Assembly: GCA_963788655.1 (NCBI GenBank)
Contig: CAWBHS010000038.1
Span: 182,728-246,727, forward strand
Reading direction: 5' to 3'
Source of the DNA: an uncultured Verrucomicrobiae bacterium
Lineage (GTDB): Bacteria; Verrucomicrobiota; Verrucomicrobiia; Limisphaerales; JAFGQR01
Length of the DNA: 64,000 nucleotides
Of this stretch, positions 32,787 through 43,735 are shown in pieces. Both the position numbers and the translations under genes were made by a program. The notes beneath the pieces are model-generated. The model was not told the origin of the DNA. It saw only the letters and a list, made by a program, of their open reading frames with translations, and did not search any database. The first letter of the stretch is position 1, and every line of letters starts with the position of its first letter.

Positions 32787-34836
32787 ATGAAAAACGCTCT
32801 CCTCGCGCCAACAGCCATTCTACTTAGTTGCCTCACCATCCAAGCCACCGATTTTTACGTGGCCCGGGACGGCAAGGATACCCAACCCGGCACTGCCGAC
32901 CAACCGTTTGCCACGCTCACCCGTGCGCGGGACGCCATCCGCCAACTCAAGCAAGCTGGACCACTCCCACAGCCCGTGACCGTCCACGTGCGCGGCGGAA
33001 CCTACTATCTGGCGCAACCAGTCACATTCACGCGCGAGGATTCAGGCACCGCGAAGGCGCCGATTGCCTACGCTGCCGAACGCGGATCATCTGTGCGCCT
33101 GACGGGCGGGCGGGAAATCACTGGTTGGCGTCCAGTAACCGATCCGGTGGTGCGGCAGCGGTTGCCGGCGGAAGCTCGTGACCATGTGCGGGTGGCCGAT
33201 TTGCGGGCGCAAGGCATCACCGATTTCGGCAAGCTTAGCGTACGCGGCTTTGGCGCGGGAAGCCCGCCTGCCGAAGCCGAATTGTTTTATGACGATGATC
33301 CGATGACCCTGGCCCGATGGCCGAATGAAGGATTTCGGGGCGCGAAGTCCAAAGAGAGCGATCGTACCGATTGTCGTGGATACGGATCGCGTGGCCCGCT
33401 GGACGGCGGAAACCGAGCCGTGGGTGTTTGCCTATTGGCACCATGATTGGGCGGAACTTTACGAACCGCTCGCCGGGGTGGATGCAACGAAACACGCTTT
33501 GTTGCGAACCGCAAAAGTCCGGCCGGCTTATGGAGTTACCCCAAGCCGCGCCCGTTGGTACGCCTTCAACTTGTTGGCGGAACTCGATCGTCCCGGCGAG
33601 TATTATCTCGACCGCGCCAAAGGCTTGCTCTATTTCTGGCCGCCCCGTTCCGGTGGCCATGCTGTGCTCTCGTTGACGGATCGGTTGGTTGACGCCAACG
33701 AGTTGTCCCACGTGACCTTCCAAGGATTTACCCTTGAAGCTTGCCGCGGTACCGCGTTGACCCTCCACAGCAGTGCCGATTGCCACGTGGTCGGTTGCAC
33801 GATTCGCAATACCGGTAAGCAAGCCGTGCAGGTTTCCGGAGGCGAACGGGACGAGGTTTATGGATGTGACATTTACTTCACCGGTGAAGGCGGCATTACC
33901 ATGAGCGGCGGTGACCGGCCCACACTCGCGCCTGCCCACCACAACGCCGAGAACAACCACGTCCACCATTACGCCCGTCGCGCGCGCACGTACAAATGCG
34001 CCATCAGCGTGAGCGGGGTGGGCAATCGCATTGCGCACAACCTCATTCACGACGGTCCTCACATGGCGTTGTCCGCCAGCGGCAACGACCACGTGGTCGA
34101 ATTCAATGAAGTCCACAACGTGGTCGAAGACAGCGGCGATGCCGGCGCGTTTTATGTGGGACGGGACTGGACGCAGCGCGGCAACATTCTGCGTTATAAT
34201 TATTGGCACCACATTCTCGGCTCGACCGGTTATGGGGGCATGACCATTTACCTCGACGACCAACATTGCGGCTACACGATTTATGGCAATCTCTTCGAGC
34301 GTTGCATGCAGGCGGTGTTCATTGGCGGCGGCGATGACAACCTGGTGACCAATAACGTGTTCATCGATTGCCGCAAGGCCGCCCACCTCGACAACCGCGG
34401 GATGGGTTGGCAAAAGCAAGCCACGGACGATCCCAAGGGCACTCTGCGTACCCGTTTGCAGGCCATGCCCTACACCAATGCCCTGTGGCGGTCCCGTTAC
34501 CCGACCTTGGTCAACATCCTCCAGGACGATCCGGGCGTGCCGAAGCGGAACGTCTTCGCCGGCAACATCAGCGCCGGCGGCACATGGGACGACATTAATC
34601 GCTCGATTCGCCAGTTCCAAACCGTCACCAACAACCTGGTGTTAGACGACAAAAACTGGGTCCGCATCGTGCGAGATGCCGCGGGCCGGATGGAACGTTT
34701 GGAATTCAAGGATCCGGCGGCTGTGCGCGCCATGGGTTTCGTGCCGTTGCCAGTCGAGAAAATGGGCCTGTATGCCGATCCGCGCCGCCCCAGTTGGCCG
34801 GTGGCCCATGAAGTCCGGCCGGTGAACTTGCCCTGA
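32787..34836 (+). CDS. Secreted right-handed beta-helix protein (frameshift near 33360)
   Basis: FYVARDGKD..GT..QPFATL.RA, LARWPNEG, ELDRPGEYY, DAGAFY, IYLDD; two overlapping ORFs. Confidence 0.8.
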
Positions 34837-35285
34837 AGCGTAATCAGTCGTACCGGGAGTCTTGGGCATCCGTTAGGGCGGAGGGCTTCACGTCGCTACT
34901 GATATTGCGTAGTCAGTCTCAATTTCTTGGATCGTGCGCCCGGCTTATCGGCTCTTCCAAATGGAAGGGACGGTCAAACCTCGCGCCTTCCGCAAAAGGC
35001 TATGCACGATCGAGAGCAATCGAAAGCGGGACCAAACACCCGTCAGTCCGGCGTGCTCGAGTGCTTTTCGTTGAACTTTCGGTTGCAAGTCATCGGAAAT
35101 GTCGGATGATATTTCCAACACATGAAGACCCCGGGGCGACTTGGTATGCCCCGCACAGGTTCGATATCTGGTAAAATACAGACTTTGAAGAAAACCAGAA
35201 ACGCAAACAACGGCGCAATTCAGCGGTGTCCGGCTGAATTCTGAACTACAATGCGCCCAATGAACATGGCCAGATTTCACTCTCC

Positions 35286-37592
35286 ATGAGAACAACCTGC
35301 CTTCGATTCATCTTGGGGGTAATGGGCTGGAGCGTGTTGACGGCGGCACACGCGGGCAATGTCATTCTCCTTATTGGCGACGGCATGGGTTTTGAGCAGG
35401 TGAAAGCCGCGCGGGTTTATGCGGCCTCACCACTGTCATTTGAAGCGTTGCCTTTCCAAGGGGAGGTTACCACCGCTTCCTCCAATGCTACCATAACCGA
35501 CTCGGCGGCCGCAGCGACGGCCATGGCGACGGGAGTCAAAGTCAATAACGGTGTCGTTAGCCTGGCCTTGCCAGGAGACGGCAGTGAATTGGAAACGTTG
35601 GTCGAGTATTATAAAGCCCGCGGCCGAACAGTGGGGCTGGTAACGACGACCTACATCACCCACGCCACCCCGGCTTGCTTTGGGGCGCATGAAACAAGCC
35701 GCAATAATTACAGCGCGATTGCCGACGATTATTTGACGCAAACAATACCCAACGTGCTGTTCGGCGGCGGCGCCAATGGGATGAGCGTCAGCGCCGCTGA
35801 GAACGCCGGCTACGTGGTGGCAACGACCACAGCTTCGTTTGACGGCTTGGATACGACTGCCGATCTCCTTTCGGCACAATTCGGAACCACTGACCTGCCT
35901 TACGAATACGACTATCTTGGTGAGGAGTATCCATATCCTCATCTGGCAAACATGGTTACCGTGGCCTTGGATGCTTTGGATAATGATCCGGATGGCTTCT
36001 TCCTGATGGTTGAAGGGGGGAACATCGACCATGCATGCCATGCGAACAATCTTCGCCGGGCGGTTCACGAGACCTTGGCGTTTTCCGACGCGGTGCAGAC
36101 AGCCCTGGATTGGGCAGCCGGCCGTGATGACACGTTGATCATGGTGACTGCCGATCATGAAACGGGCGGATTAACGGTGTCGGACCAAGTGGATTCGGAC
36201 GGCTATCCGATCGTCAGTTGGACTACTGGCGGTCATACTGGAGTGAATGTTCCGGTTTATGCCTGGGGTCAGGATGCCGCATTGGTTGCGGGTGTCCTGG
36301 ACAACACGGAAATCAACGCGGTGTGTAAGGCCCAAGTCACAGCGGTTTCCCTTGCCGGAGCGGTTCATTACTATCCGGGTACGACGGCCATCGCGGATGC
36401 GACGGTGGCGCTGAGTGGCGACGGTTCTCAAAGCACTGTGAGCGAAAGCGATGGATCGTATGGTTTCCGCGTGCTGCCAGAACGGAATTACCGCGTGACG
36501 CCGAACGCCGTCGTTGAAGCGACGGCAAACCGGGGTGTGGACACCATGGATATCATTGCGATCCGCAAACATCTCCTTGGCCATGCGTACTTTGATTCGG
36601 CATACCAGACCATTGCGGCGGATGTCGATGGTTCCGAAGAAGTCGATACGCTGGACATCGTTTACGTGCGCAAGTTGATTCTCGGGAAGATCACCTCGTT
36701 TCCCGCCGGCCGGTGGCAGTTTGTCCCTTCGGATTATCCCTTCAGCAGTTCATCCCAACCGTGGCCCTTTCCCAACATGCGCGACTATTCCCTGCTGACG
36801 GAAGACACCGCCGACCAGGATTTCGTCGCGATGAAATTGGGCGACGTTGACGGCACTTGGGTCGGTGGATCATCGGGCTTTGCGCCGGCGTTGGCAGGAG
36901 CCCAGGGACAAACGACAACTGGGGATGCAACCGAGTCGTGGGTGACATTTTCGATGGGCCAACAAACCGCTTTACCAGGTCAGACGGTGACCATTCCGGT
37001 AGCCGTCGGTGGGTTTCGCGAGGTGAACGGTGTTCAATTTACGCTGGAATGGGATCCCGCTGTCCTTGAGTTTGCAACGGTCGGCGAGTTCGGGTTGCCC
37101 GGCTTGGGCGCTGGAAATTTCAATCCGCAGACCGTTCAAGGCAGACTGGCGTTTTGTTGGGAAGATCCCGCCGCCGGGAGCCAAACGTTGGACCGCAAGA
37201 CTGTTTTGTTTGTCATTCAATTTGCGATCGTCGGCAAACCGGGTACGGCATCCGCGCTAGAGTTTGCAGATGTTCCCACGCCCCGAAAGGCGATCGCCAA
37301 TTACCAAACAGCTTTGGCGGGCTGGCAGAATGGCATCGTCGAAGTGGGATTAGCTACGGAGTTGCCACCCGGCACCTGCCGGGTGCGCGCTGAATCCGCC
37401 GGCGGCTACCGGATTGCGTTTGCCGGTGATCCCGAAGAAAGCTACGTCATCCAGTGCGCGGACCGACTGAACGATCCGAACTGGCGGGCATTGGCTACCG
37501 TCACAACCGATCAACTTGGTTTCGCGGAGTATCTGGACGTGCCGGCAACCACGACCGCAACCCGATTTTACCGTCTTGTGAAACTGCCATAG
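35286..37592 (+). CDS. Alkaline phosphatase with Ig-like, dockerin-like, cohesin and C-terminal domains
   Basis: IGDGMG, TDSAA (catalytic Ser), HATPA, EGGNIDHACH, TADHETGG; duplicated D.xDI..IRK.LLG motif (about 36530-36690); cohesin-like (about 36940-37350). Confidence 0.88.
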   Translation: MRTTCLRFILGVMGWSVLTAAHAGNVILLIGDGMGFEQVKAARVYAASPLSFEALPFQGEVTTASSNATITDSAAAATAMATGVKVNNGVVSLALPGDGSELETLVEYYKARGRTVGLVTTTYITHATPACFGAHETSRNNYSAIADDYLTQTIPNVLFGGGANGMSVSAAENAGYVVATTTASFDGLDTTADLLSAQFGTTDLPYEYDYLGEEYPYPHLANMVTVALDALDNDPDGFFLMVEGGNIDHACHANNLRRAVHETLAFSDAVQTALDWAAGRDDTLIMVTADHETGGLTVSDQVDSDGYPIVSWTTGGHTGVNVPVYAWGQDAALVAGVLDNTEINAVCKAQVTAVSLAGAVHYYPGTTAIADATVALSGDGSQSTVSESDGSYGFRVLPERNYRVTPNAVVEATANRGVDTMDIIAIRKHLLGHAYFDSAYQTIAADVDGSEEVDTLDIVYVRKLILGKITSFPAGRWQFVPSDYPFSSSSQPWPFPNMRDYSLLTEDTADQDFVAMKLGDVDGTWVGGSSGFAPALAGAQGQTTTGDATESWVTFSMGQQTALPGQTVTIPVAVGGFREVNGVQFTLEWDPAVLEFATVGEFGLPGLGAGNFNPQTVQGRLAFCWEDPAAGSQTLDRKTVLFVIQFAIVGKPGTASALEFADVPTPRKAIANYQTALAGWQNGIVEVGLATELPPGTCRVRAESAGGYRIAFAGDPEESYVIQCADRLNDPNWRALATVTTDQLGFAEYLDVPATTTATRFYRLVKLP

Positions 37593-37712
37593 ACTGTCGA
37601 GTGCCCGAATTAACTGCAAATGCGACTTAAACGAACCATCTTGAAGCCGATTCCCAATGGATATTGCGACCGCCGCGGTTCTTTTCGTGTGGCAACCGAC
37701 GAGTTTTAGACC

Positions 37713-38315
37713 GTGAAGACCATCAGTTCAGTTTTTTTGGCAATCATGGCAGTGGGAACGTTGTTGGCGCCTTCGGGGAAGGCGGCGTTGACGTTTTCCG
37801 CGAGCCAGGCAATCGTCGCTCCGGGCGATCCGGTGAACGTGGCCATTTCGGTTCAGGGGTTCAACGGCGTTCTGGCCATGCAGGGAAGTATCGCTTGGGA
37901 CACCTCGCTCCTGACTTACGTTTCGGTGGACAATTTCGCGTCAGGTCTGAGCGGTTTGAACGAAACAAGCTTTGGTTTCCGGGACGACCACTTGACATAC
38001 TCTTGGAACGATTCGGAGGACATGGGTGTTTCCATTCCCGATGAAACCGTGCTATTCACGATTCAATTGGCTGCCGGTTCCAGTCCCGGCAGCACCATGA
38101 TCACGTTCGACGATTCTCCCCTCACCAGTTGGGCTGCCGATCAGGATTTGAACAAAACCTATTTCGCGGTAGATGCTCTGCCGGGAAGCGTCACCGTCGT
38201 TCCCGAGCCCGTCAGCAGTGCGTTGGGTATCTTCGGAGGACTGGCGGTATGCGTTCAGGTGGTTCGTTGGCTCAGCCGCGCAAAGCATCGCCGCGGCAAT
38301 TGCGGTTGCGGCTGA
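37713..38315 (+). CDS. Cohesin-domain protein with PEP-CTERM anchor
   Basis: Signal peptide; cohesin-like PGDPVNVAISV..F...QGSIAWDTSLLTY...LFTIQL; VPEP + TM + basic tail RAKHRR. Confidence 0.85.
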   Translation: MKTISSVFLAIMAVGTLLAPSGKAALTFSASQAIVAPGDPVNVAISVQGFNGVLAMQGSIAWDTSLLTYVSVDNFASGLSGLNETSFGFRDDHLTYSWNDSEDMGVSIPDETVLFTIQLAAGSSPGSTMITFDDSPLTSWAADQDLNKTYFAVDALPGSVTVVPEPVSSALGIFGGLAVCVQVVRWLSRAKHRRGNCGCG

Positions 38316-38784
38316 CTTGTTTCCTCGGCGTGTCTGCACATGTCTCTGCGGCGCGTGACATGCAGAAGTCTGGATCGCCATTCACCCCTCTTCGGTGCAT
38401 TCGCCAAAATGTTTCTCACGCTCAGTAGCCACTGAAGTCTGGAGACAGACCCGATGTCCGAAAACGTGCTCCGCCTCCTTACATCGCGGTTATGGTCGGC
38501 TGACGTTGTGCTACGGTGCGAATTATCGGGACTCACCGGTTGTAATTGTTTTGCGCCCTCTCACGGTCGCGACTCTGTCAACGAGTGCAAGCTCGCAACT
38601 CGAAGCCACACACGAGCCGGCGACGAACGATCCTCCGCCGACTGTAAAATGAAATAAATACGCAACGCGTTCCCTCACTATCCCGTTGACGCTGGGGCAA
38701 GCTTGCCAACATTATCGCGTTACGACCGGTAGTGAGCTACGCGGTTTGGTTGAGTAACTCAACATATTGAACACGACATTGAAA

Positions 38785-40011
38785 ATGAAATTGGACGAAC
38801 TTTATTCCGAGTTGACTTTGAAGACCCAGGCCAAGCTCGCGCTGGTGGTGCTTGATGGATTGGGTGATTTGGCGACCAAGGCGCAGGGCGAAGCCACGCC
38901 ACTGGAAGCCGCCCGCACTCCCAATCTCGATGCGCTGGTGCGAGACGGTTGCGCGCAAGGCCGTATGATCCCCGTGGCTCCGGGCATCACCCCGGGCAGC
39001 GGCCCCGGTCACCTGGCTCTCTTTGGTTACGATCCCCTGGAATACATGGTGGGACGCGGCGTCATCGAAGCGCTGGGATTGGGGCTGGAATTGAAAACCG
39101 GCGACGTGGCCGCGCGCGCCAACTTCTGTTCGCTGGATTCGAAAGGCATTGTCACCGATCGCCGCGCGGGCCGCATTGAGACATCGGTTTGCGAACGGCT
39201 TTGCGACCTATTGGCCTCCAAAATCAAGAAAATCGGTCCAACTGAGGTCATTATCAAAGCCGGCAAGGGGCACCGTTTTGTAGTGATTTTCCGCGGAAAA
39301 GGGCTGGAAGGGCCGTTGACGGACGCCGATCCGCATCGGGAAGGTGAACCCATCCCGGAAGCCAAACCGGTCAATGCGAAATCGGCCAAAGCGCAAAAGG
39401 CCGCCGAGTTGATCGCTGAGTTTTACAAGCAGGCGCTGCCGGTCCTGGCCAAAGAAACACCGGCGAATGGTTTCCTGATGCGCGGCATTGCTCATCAGCC
39501 GCACATCCCGTTGTTCGAAGAACGCTACCAACTCAAACCGGCCTGCCTGGCCGTCTATCCGATGTACAAAGGACTGGCGCAACTGGTCGGCATGACGAAG
39601 ATCGAAGGGCCGCAAACCATCACCGAGCAGTTCCAACGATACCTGGACGAGTACGACCACTACGACTTCTTCTTCATTCATTACAAGTACCCCGACATGT
39701 ACGGCGAAGACGGCAATTTCGAAGCGAAGAAGAACGCGATTGAAGAATTCGATGCCGCGCTGCCGGTGTTGCTGCGGAAGAAACCGGACGTGGTGGCGAT
39801 CACTGGCGATCACTCGACGCCGTGCGCGCTCAAAGGTCACTCGTGGCATCCGCAGCCCGTGTTGTTGCACTCGGCCGTAACGGGGTCGGACAAATTGGAT
39901 CGCTTCACGGAGACCGGCGCCAACCTTGGTTCGCTTGGCATCTTCGAAGCGAAATTCTTGATCCGTTACCTGCAAGCCAACGCGCGCATGTTCGACAAGT
40001 TCGGCGCGTAG
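38785..40011 (+). CDS. apgM: 2,3-bisphosphoglycerate-independent phosphoglycerate mutase, archaeal type
   Basis: LDGLGD, TPLEAARTPNLD, PGSGPGHLALFGYDP, GRG..EALG, DRRAGRI, TGDHSTP. Confidence 0.92.
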   Translation: MKLDELYSELTLKTQAKLALVVLDGLGDLATKAQGEATPLEAARTPNLDALVRDGCAQGRMIPVAPGITPGSGPGHLALFGYDPLEYMVGRGVIEALGLGLELKTGDVAARANFCSLDSKGIVTDRRAGRIETSVCERLCDLLASKIKKIGPTEVIIKAGKGHRFVVIFRGKGLEGPLTDADPHREGEPIPEAKPVNAKSAKAQKAAELIAEFYKQALPVLAKETPANGFLMRGIAHQPHIPLFEERYQLKPACLAVYPMYKGLAQLVGMTKIEGPQTITEQFQRYLDEYDHYDFFFIHYKYPDMYGEDGNFEAKKNAIEEFDAALPVLLRKKPDVVAITGDHSTPCALKGHSWHPQPVLLHSAVTGSDKLDRFTETGANLGSLGIFEAKFLIRYLQANARMFDKFGA

Positions 40012-40357
40012 TTGCGATCCAAAATCGCGAAGCGCGATTCGACGGACCGCGCTTCGCGCTCCGGGCAATGACGCGGCAACTAACCGATGCGTTTTCTTTC
40101 GCGCTGCCTTCGGAAAATATTTTTAAAGAATTATGCTTGCGTTATACTGCAAGTCATCATAAGAAAGAATCCCAAGATGCTCACAGCCGCATGGCTTAAC
40201 GCGCCTAAACAAAAACGATTCGCTGGCCCGCACGTTGCAGCGACCAATTATTCGCCGCTGAACAGTGCCGTGGCGAGTGAATCCCGATCCGTCGGGAACG
40301 ATTTCCTTTCGCCCCCTTAGTGTTCAACCCCTCACCGATGAATGGAGGTGAAAATAG

Positions 40358-40471
40358 ATGCCAGCTAAGAAAGTAAAAGCAAAAGCAAAAGCAAAACCGA
40401 AAGCCAAAGCTAAAGCTAAAGCGAAAGCCAAAGCGAAAGCTAAGCCAAAAGCTAAAGCCAAGAAAAAGTAA
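40358..40471 (+). CDS. 37-aa Lys/Ala-rich basic microprotein (histone H1-like)
   Basis: GGAGGTG RBS; MPAKKVKAKAKAKPKAKAKAKAKAKAKAKPKAKAKKK; varied synonymous Ala codons; hairpin follows. Confidence 0.75.
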   Translation: MPAKKVKAKAKAKPKAKAKAKAKAKAKAKPKAKAKKK

Positions 40472-40495
40472 CTAGATCGTTAAGATCATAACCTA

Positions 40496-40538
40496 CCAGG
40501 GTGAAAAACCTGGTTGTACGACAGGTTTTTCATCCTGG
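40496..40538. terminator. Long hairpin, probable terminator
   Basis: CCAGGGTGAAAAACCTG-9 nt loop-CAGGTTTTTCATCCTGG. Confidence 0.65.
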
Positions 40539-40569
40539 AGTGAGGTTCAAACCCCATCCTCCTTCTCCC

Positions 40570-41289
40570 ATGGCCGTGTTGGTATTCGATATTGAGACTT
40601 CGGCGTTACCGTTGGACCAATTCGATGCGGTACAACACGAATACTTGTTCCGCGACGCCGAACGTTTGACCGACGAAACCGAGCGGACCAAACGTCGGGC
40701 GGAGATTCAGCAACTGTTCAACCTCTGGCCCCTCACGGCGCGAGTGGTGTGCATTGCCATGTTGAATGCTGAAACCAACCGTGGCCAAGTGCTCTTCATC
40801 GCGGACGATTACGCGCAAGACGCCAGCGACGTCGGCCCCGTCGAGTTCGTTGCCTGCATGGATGAGGTCGAGTTACTGACCGCGTTCTGGGATGTCGCCA
40901 AGCATTACGACCAGATTGCCACGTTCAACGGACGCAACTTTGACGTGCCGTTTATCTACTTGCGTTCCGCCGTGTTGAACGTCCCCATCACTCGCAAGAA
41001 CTGGCTGGGCTACCGTTTTGCGACCGAACCACATTGTGACCTGGCCGAGCAGTTGACGTTTTACAGCGTGAGCGGTCGCGACGGTGCCGCCCGCAAGTTC
41101 AATCTCGATTTTTACTGCAAAACGTTCCGGATCGAATCGCCTAAGAGCCACGGCGTCACGGGGATGGATGTCAACCGCCTCATGGAGGAAAAGCGATACC
41201 GGGACATCGCGGAATACTGTTTGCGCGATGTGGAAGCCACGGTAAAGCTCTATCAAATCTGGCGCGAACGGTTGGCGGGCATCAAGTAG
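40570..41289 (+). CDS. PolB-like 3'-5' exonuclease (DEDD)
   Basis: FDIET, TFNGRNFDVPF, HCDL, IAEYCLRDV. Confidence 0.88.
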   Translation: MAVLVFDIETSALPLDQFDAVQHEYLFRDAERLTDETERTKRRAEIQQLFNLWPLTARVVCIAMLNAETNRGQVLFIADDYAQDASDVGPVEFVACMDEVELLTAFWDVAKHYDQIATFNGRNFDVPFIYLRSAVLNVPITRKNWLGYRFATEPHCDLAEQLTFYSVSGRDGAARKFNLDFYCKTFRIESPKSHGVTGMDVNRLMEEKRYRDIAEYCLRDVEATVKLYQIWRERLAGIK

Positions 41290-41307
41290 CCGTGAATTGA
41301 CTGGGAA

Positions 41308-41967
41308 TTGCCTGCAACTGTCTCAATCGTCCCCACGCTCGTTTGCTTCGCTTTGCAAGAAGAAGCAGGCCCCTTTCGGCGCCGGATTGGAGTGCGCACG
41401 GAGATTGAGATTTTGGTTACGGGCATGGGGGCAAAGAACGCGGAGCAGCGTTTCCGGGAAGGGCTCGCTCGGTGGCAGCCCGGCTTGGTATTAACCTGCG
41501 GTTTTGCCGGTGGACTGAATCCTGATCTCCGACCGAACGCCGTGGTCTTTGCGGCGGACGATGAATTCCCACTTACGCCCAGGCTGCTGTCGGCCGGTGC
41601 GGTGCCCATTTCTTTCCATTGTTCGCCGCGCATTGTGCCGACGGCAGCAGAAAAGGCTACTTTGCGGCAGCGCACCGGAACGGACGCAGTCGAAATGGAA
41701 TCCGCCGCGATTCGCCGAGTGTGCCGCGAGCGGCAAATCCCCAGTGCCACCGTGCGGGTCATTTCGGATACCGCCACCGAAGATCTGCCGCTGGACTTCA
41801 ACCAATTCACCAAACCGGATCTGCGCCTGGATTACGGCAAGCTGGCGTTCGCTGTTTTACGTTCACCCAAGAAACTGGGCGCGTTGCTGAATTTGCAAGG
41901 CCGCACTCGCCAGGCCGCCGAACAATTGGCTGGCGTGCTGACGGCAGCGCTGGTGGGAGATGTTTGA
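41308..41967 (+). CDS. Nucleoside phosphorylase-like protein, probably hopanoid-associated (HpnG-like)
   Basis: TGMG, CGFAGGL, AVEMESAA, VRVISD; near hpn genes. Confidence 0.8.
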   Translation: MPATVSIVPTLVCFALQEEAGPFRRRIGVRTEIEILVTGMGAKNAEQRFREGLARWQPGLVLTCGFAGGLNPDLRPNAVVFAADDEFPLTPRLLSAGAVPISFHCSPRIVPTAAEKATLRQRTGTDAVEMESAAIRRVCRERQIPSATVRVISDTATEDLPLDFNQFTKPDLRLDYGKLAFAVLRSPKKLGALLNLQGRTRQAAEQLAGVLTAALVGDV

Positions 41968-42195
41968 CCGACTTTGGAATGGCCAAGGTAGGCTGGGGTG
42001 TTTTGAAACGACGGATGTTGGATGCCAGATGCCAGATGATGGACGCGTCACTCTGCGCGCGCCGTCTGCTTCCGGTGACACGACCTTCTCAAATTACGGT
42101 GCGCCGAGGACTGCGCGGCTGACAATGGAGCCAGCGTTGTTGGCGAGAACGCCCGAGGCCATTCGTTGCCCTAAACCGTATGTATGCAGTGACTG

Positions 42196-42345
42196 TGGCT
42201 GCGTTCGTGAGAACGCGGCTGACTTTAAAGGGAAACACGGCACCATCGGCAGCGTCCCACCAGTCACCGAAAAGTGACTGGATTGCCTTCGCTTGGATCA
42301 GGCGTTGACCGCGCCAGTCGGCCGCGTTCTCACGAACGCAGCTAC
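42196..42345 (+). mobile_element. MITE-like element, copy 1
   Basis: Terminal inverted repeats GTGGCTGCGTTCGTGAGAACGCGG / CCGCGTTCTCACGAACGCAGCTAC; internal sequence shared with copy 2. Confidence 0.65.
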
Positions 42346-42364
42346 TCCAACTGAATCGTTACGG

Positions 42365-42799
42365 CTAAGGCGCGTTGACCTTTGCACTCGAAGGCGCTGA
42401 AGCGTCGGTGATTTTCGGTTTGGCATGCTCACTGTAGCTGATACAGGCCGCACCGCCCACGATGAGAATCACCCCCACCCAGCGGATCAAGGACACTTCT
42501 TCGTTCAGGAAAACCATGGCGGCGATGGTTGTGAACACAAAGCTCAGCGCCGTCAGTGGCCAGAGAAAACTGATGTCACTTTTCGACATCAAGATCAGCA
42601 AGCAACCAAAAAACAGCGCCTCAAAGAACACGCCCATCAGGATGTGTCCGTTGGTGGCTCCTGCCTTGACCACACTCCATAACGCCGGGACGCTCATCTG
42701 CGGCAGGTCGCCCAGTTGGGTCATGCCCTTCTTGAGTTGCACGACGCCGGTGGCTTCAAACCCGAGTCCGATCAAGAGAATCAACAGCAATTTAAACAT
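42365..42799 (-). CDS. EamA/DMT-family small transporter
   Basis: Four TM segments; DISFLWPLTALSF, FLNEEVS..RWVG. Confidence 0.85.
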   Translation of the reverse strand: MFKLLLILLIGLGFEATGVVQLKKGMTQLGDLPQMSVPALWSVVKAGATNGHILMGVFFEALFFGCLLILMSKSDISFLWPLTALSFVFTTIAAMVFLNEEVSLIRWVGVILIVGGAACISYSEHAKPKITDASAPSSAKVNAP

Positions 42800-42800
42800 G

Positions 42801-43634
42801 TTACAGGTCTTGGTACCGAATCAATTCAAGGCCGCGGGCCTTTACCAACTCCCGGACCCGCGGGCTCAGCAGGGCGTCCAGTTCGGGTCTAAATTCATCA
42901 AGGTCAGGATGCGAGTAAAGCTCGGAATCGCCCGGTGGCAACGCCGGCAGCAGGCGCAACACGTAGGCTTCATTGACCGCCGCGTTTTGCAGCAATCCGA
43001 AAACAGCCCGGGAGCACCGCACCCCGCGCGCTTGCAACGCCGGACGGGCACGTCGCGATAACGCCGTATAAATGACGGCATGGCTGGTTCGATAGAGCCA
43101 CCGGCCCGACGCCAGCCGCGCGTTCAACCAAAATGGATCGCGTGTCAAACGCAGGTGCGTAAGGCCCCAGGCCGCGGCGTGGTCCATGAGAATGCGGAAC
43201 ACCACCGGGTGCAGGTGCAGGTGCAAGTGGCCGTTGACGTGGTCCAGTTTCAACCCGCTGGATTGAAACCTTTGGAATTGCGCCGCGATTTCCGCGCGCA
43301 ACTGCTCGCGCAGTTCCCGGTAAAAAAAATATCGCCAACCCGCCCGAACCGGATCATCGGTGAACCGCCCCTCGCCGTTCACCAAACCGGGAATGTGGTC
43401 GGGCGGCAACGCCGCATGGCCGCACAACAAGGTCAGGTGCAAGCCCACGCCCAATTGCGGATGTTGGCGGGCCAGCGCCACGGCTTCGTCAAATCCCGGC
43501 TCGTTGACCATCAGACTGGCCGTGGTGAGAATTCCCTCGGTGTGAGCGCGGCGGACCGCCTCGTTGATGCTGGCCGAGCGGCCAAAATCGTCAGCGTTGA
43601 CGATCAGGCGACGCGGCAGAGCTGAAGTGTCCAT
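42801..43634 (-). CDS. hpnK: Hopanoid biosynthesis-associated YdjC/ChbG-family protein
   Basis: LIVNADDFG, ASLMV, VGLHL, DHVNGHLHLHLHP, ELYSHP. Confidence 0.88.
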   Translation of the reverse strand: MDTSALPRRLIVNADDFGRSASINEAVRRAHTEGILTTASLMVNEPGFDEAVALARQHPQLGVGLHLTLLCGHAALPPDHIPGLVNGEGRFTDDPVRAGWRYFFYRELREQLRAEIAAQFQRFQSSGLKLDHVNGHLHLHLHPVVFRILMDHAAAWGLTHLRLTRDPFWLNARLASGRWLYRTSHAVIYTALSRRARPALQARGVRCSRAVFGLLQNAAVNEAYVLRLLPALPPGDSELYSHPDLDEFRPELDALLSPRVRELVKARGLELIRYQDL

Positions 43635-43735
43635 TCGAGGTCCAACGGGGAAACGCCGGCGAGGCGGTTTATTCGATTTGATCTCCGCACCGGAGGGTAG
43701 CCCACGCTTTCCGCCGTCCTTGCGGCCCGCCCTGT

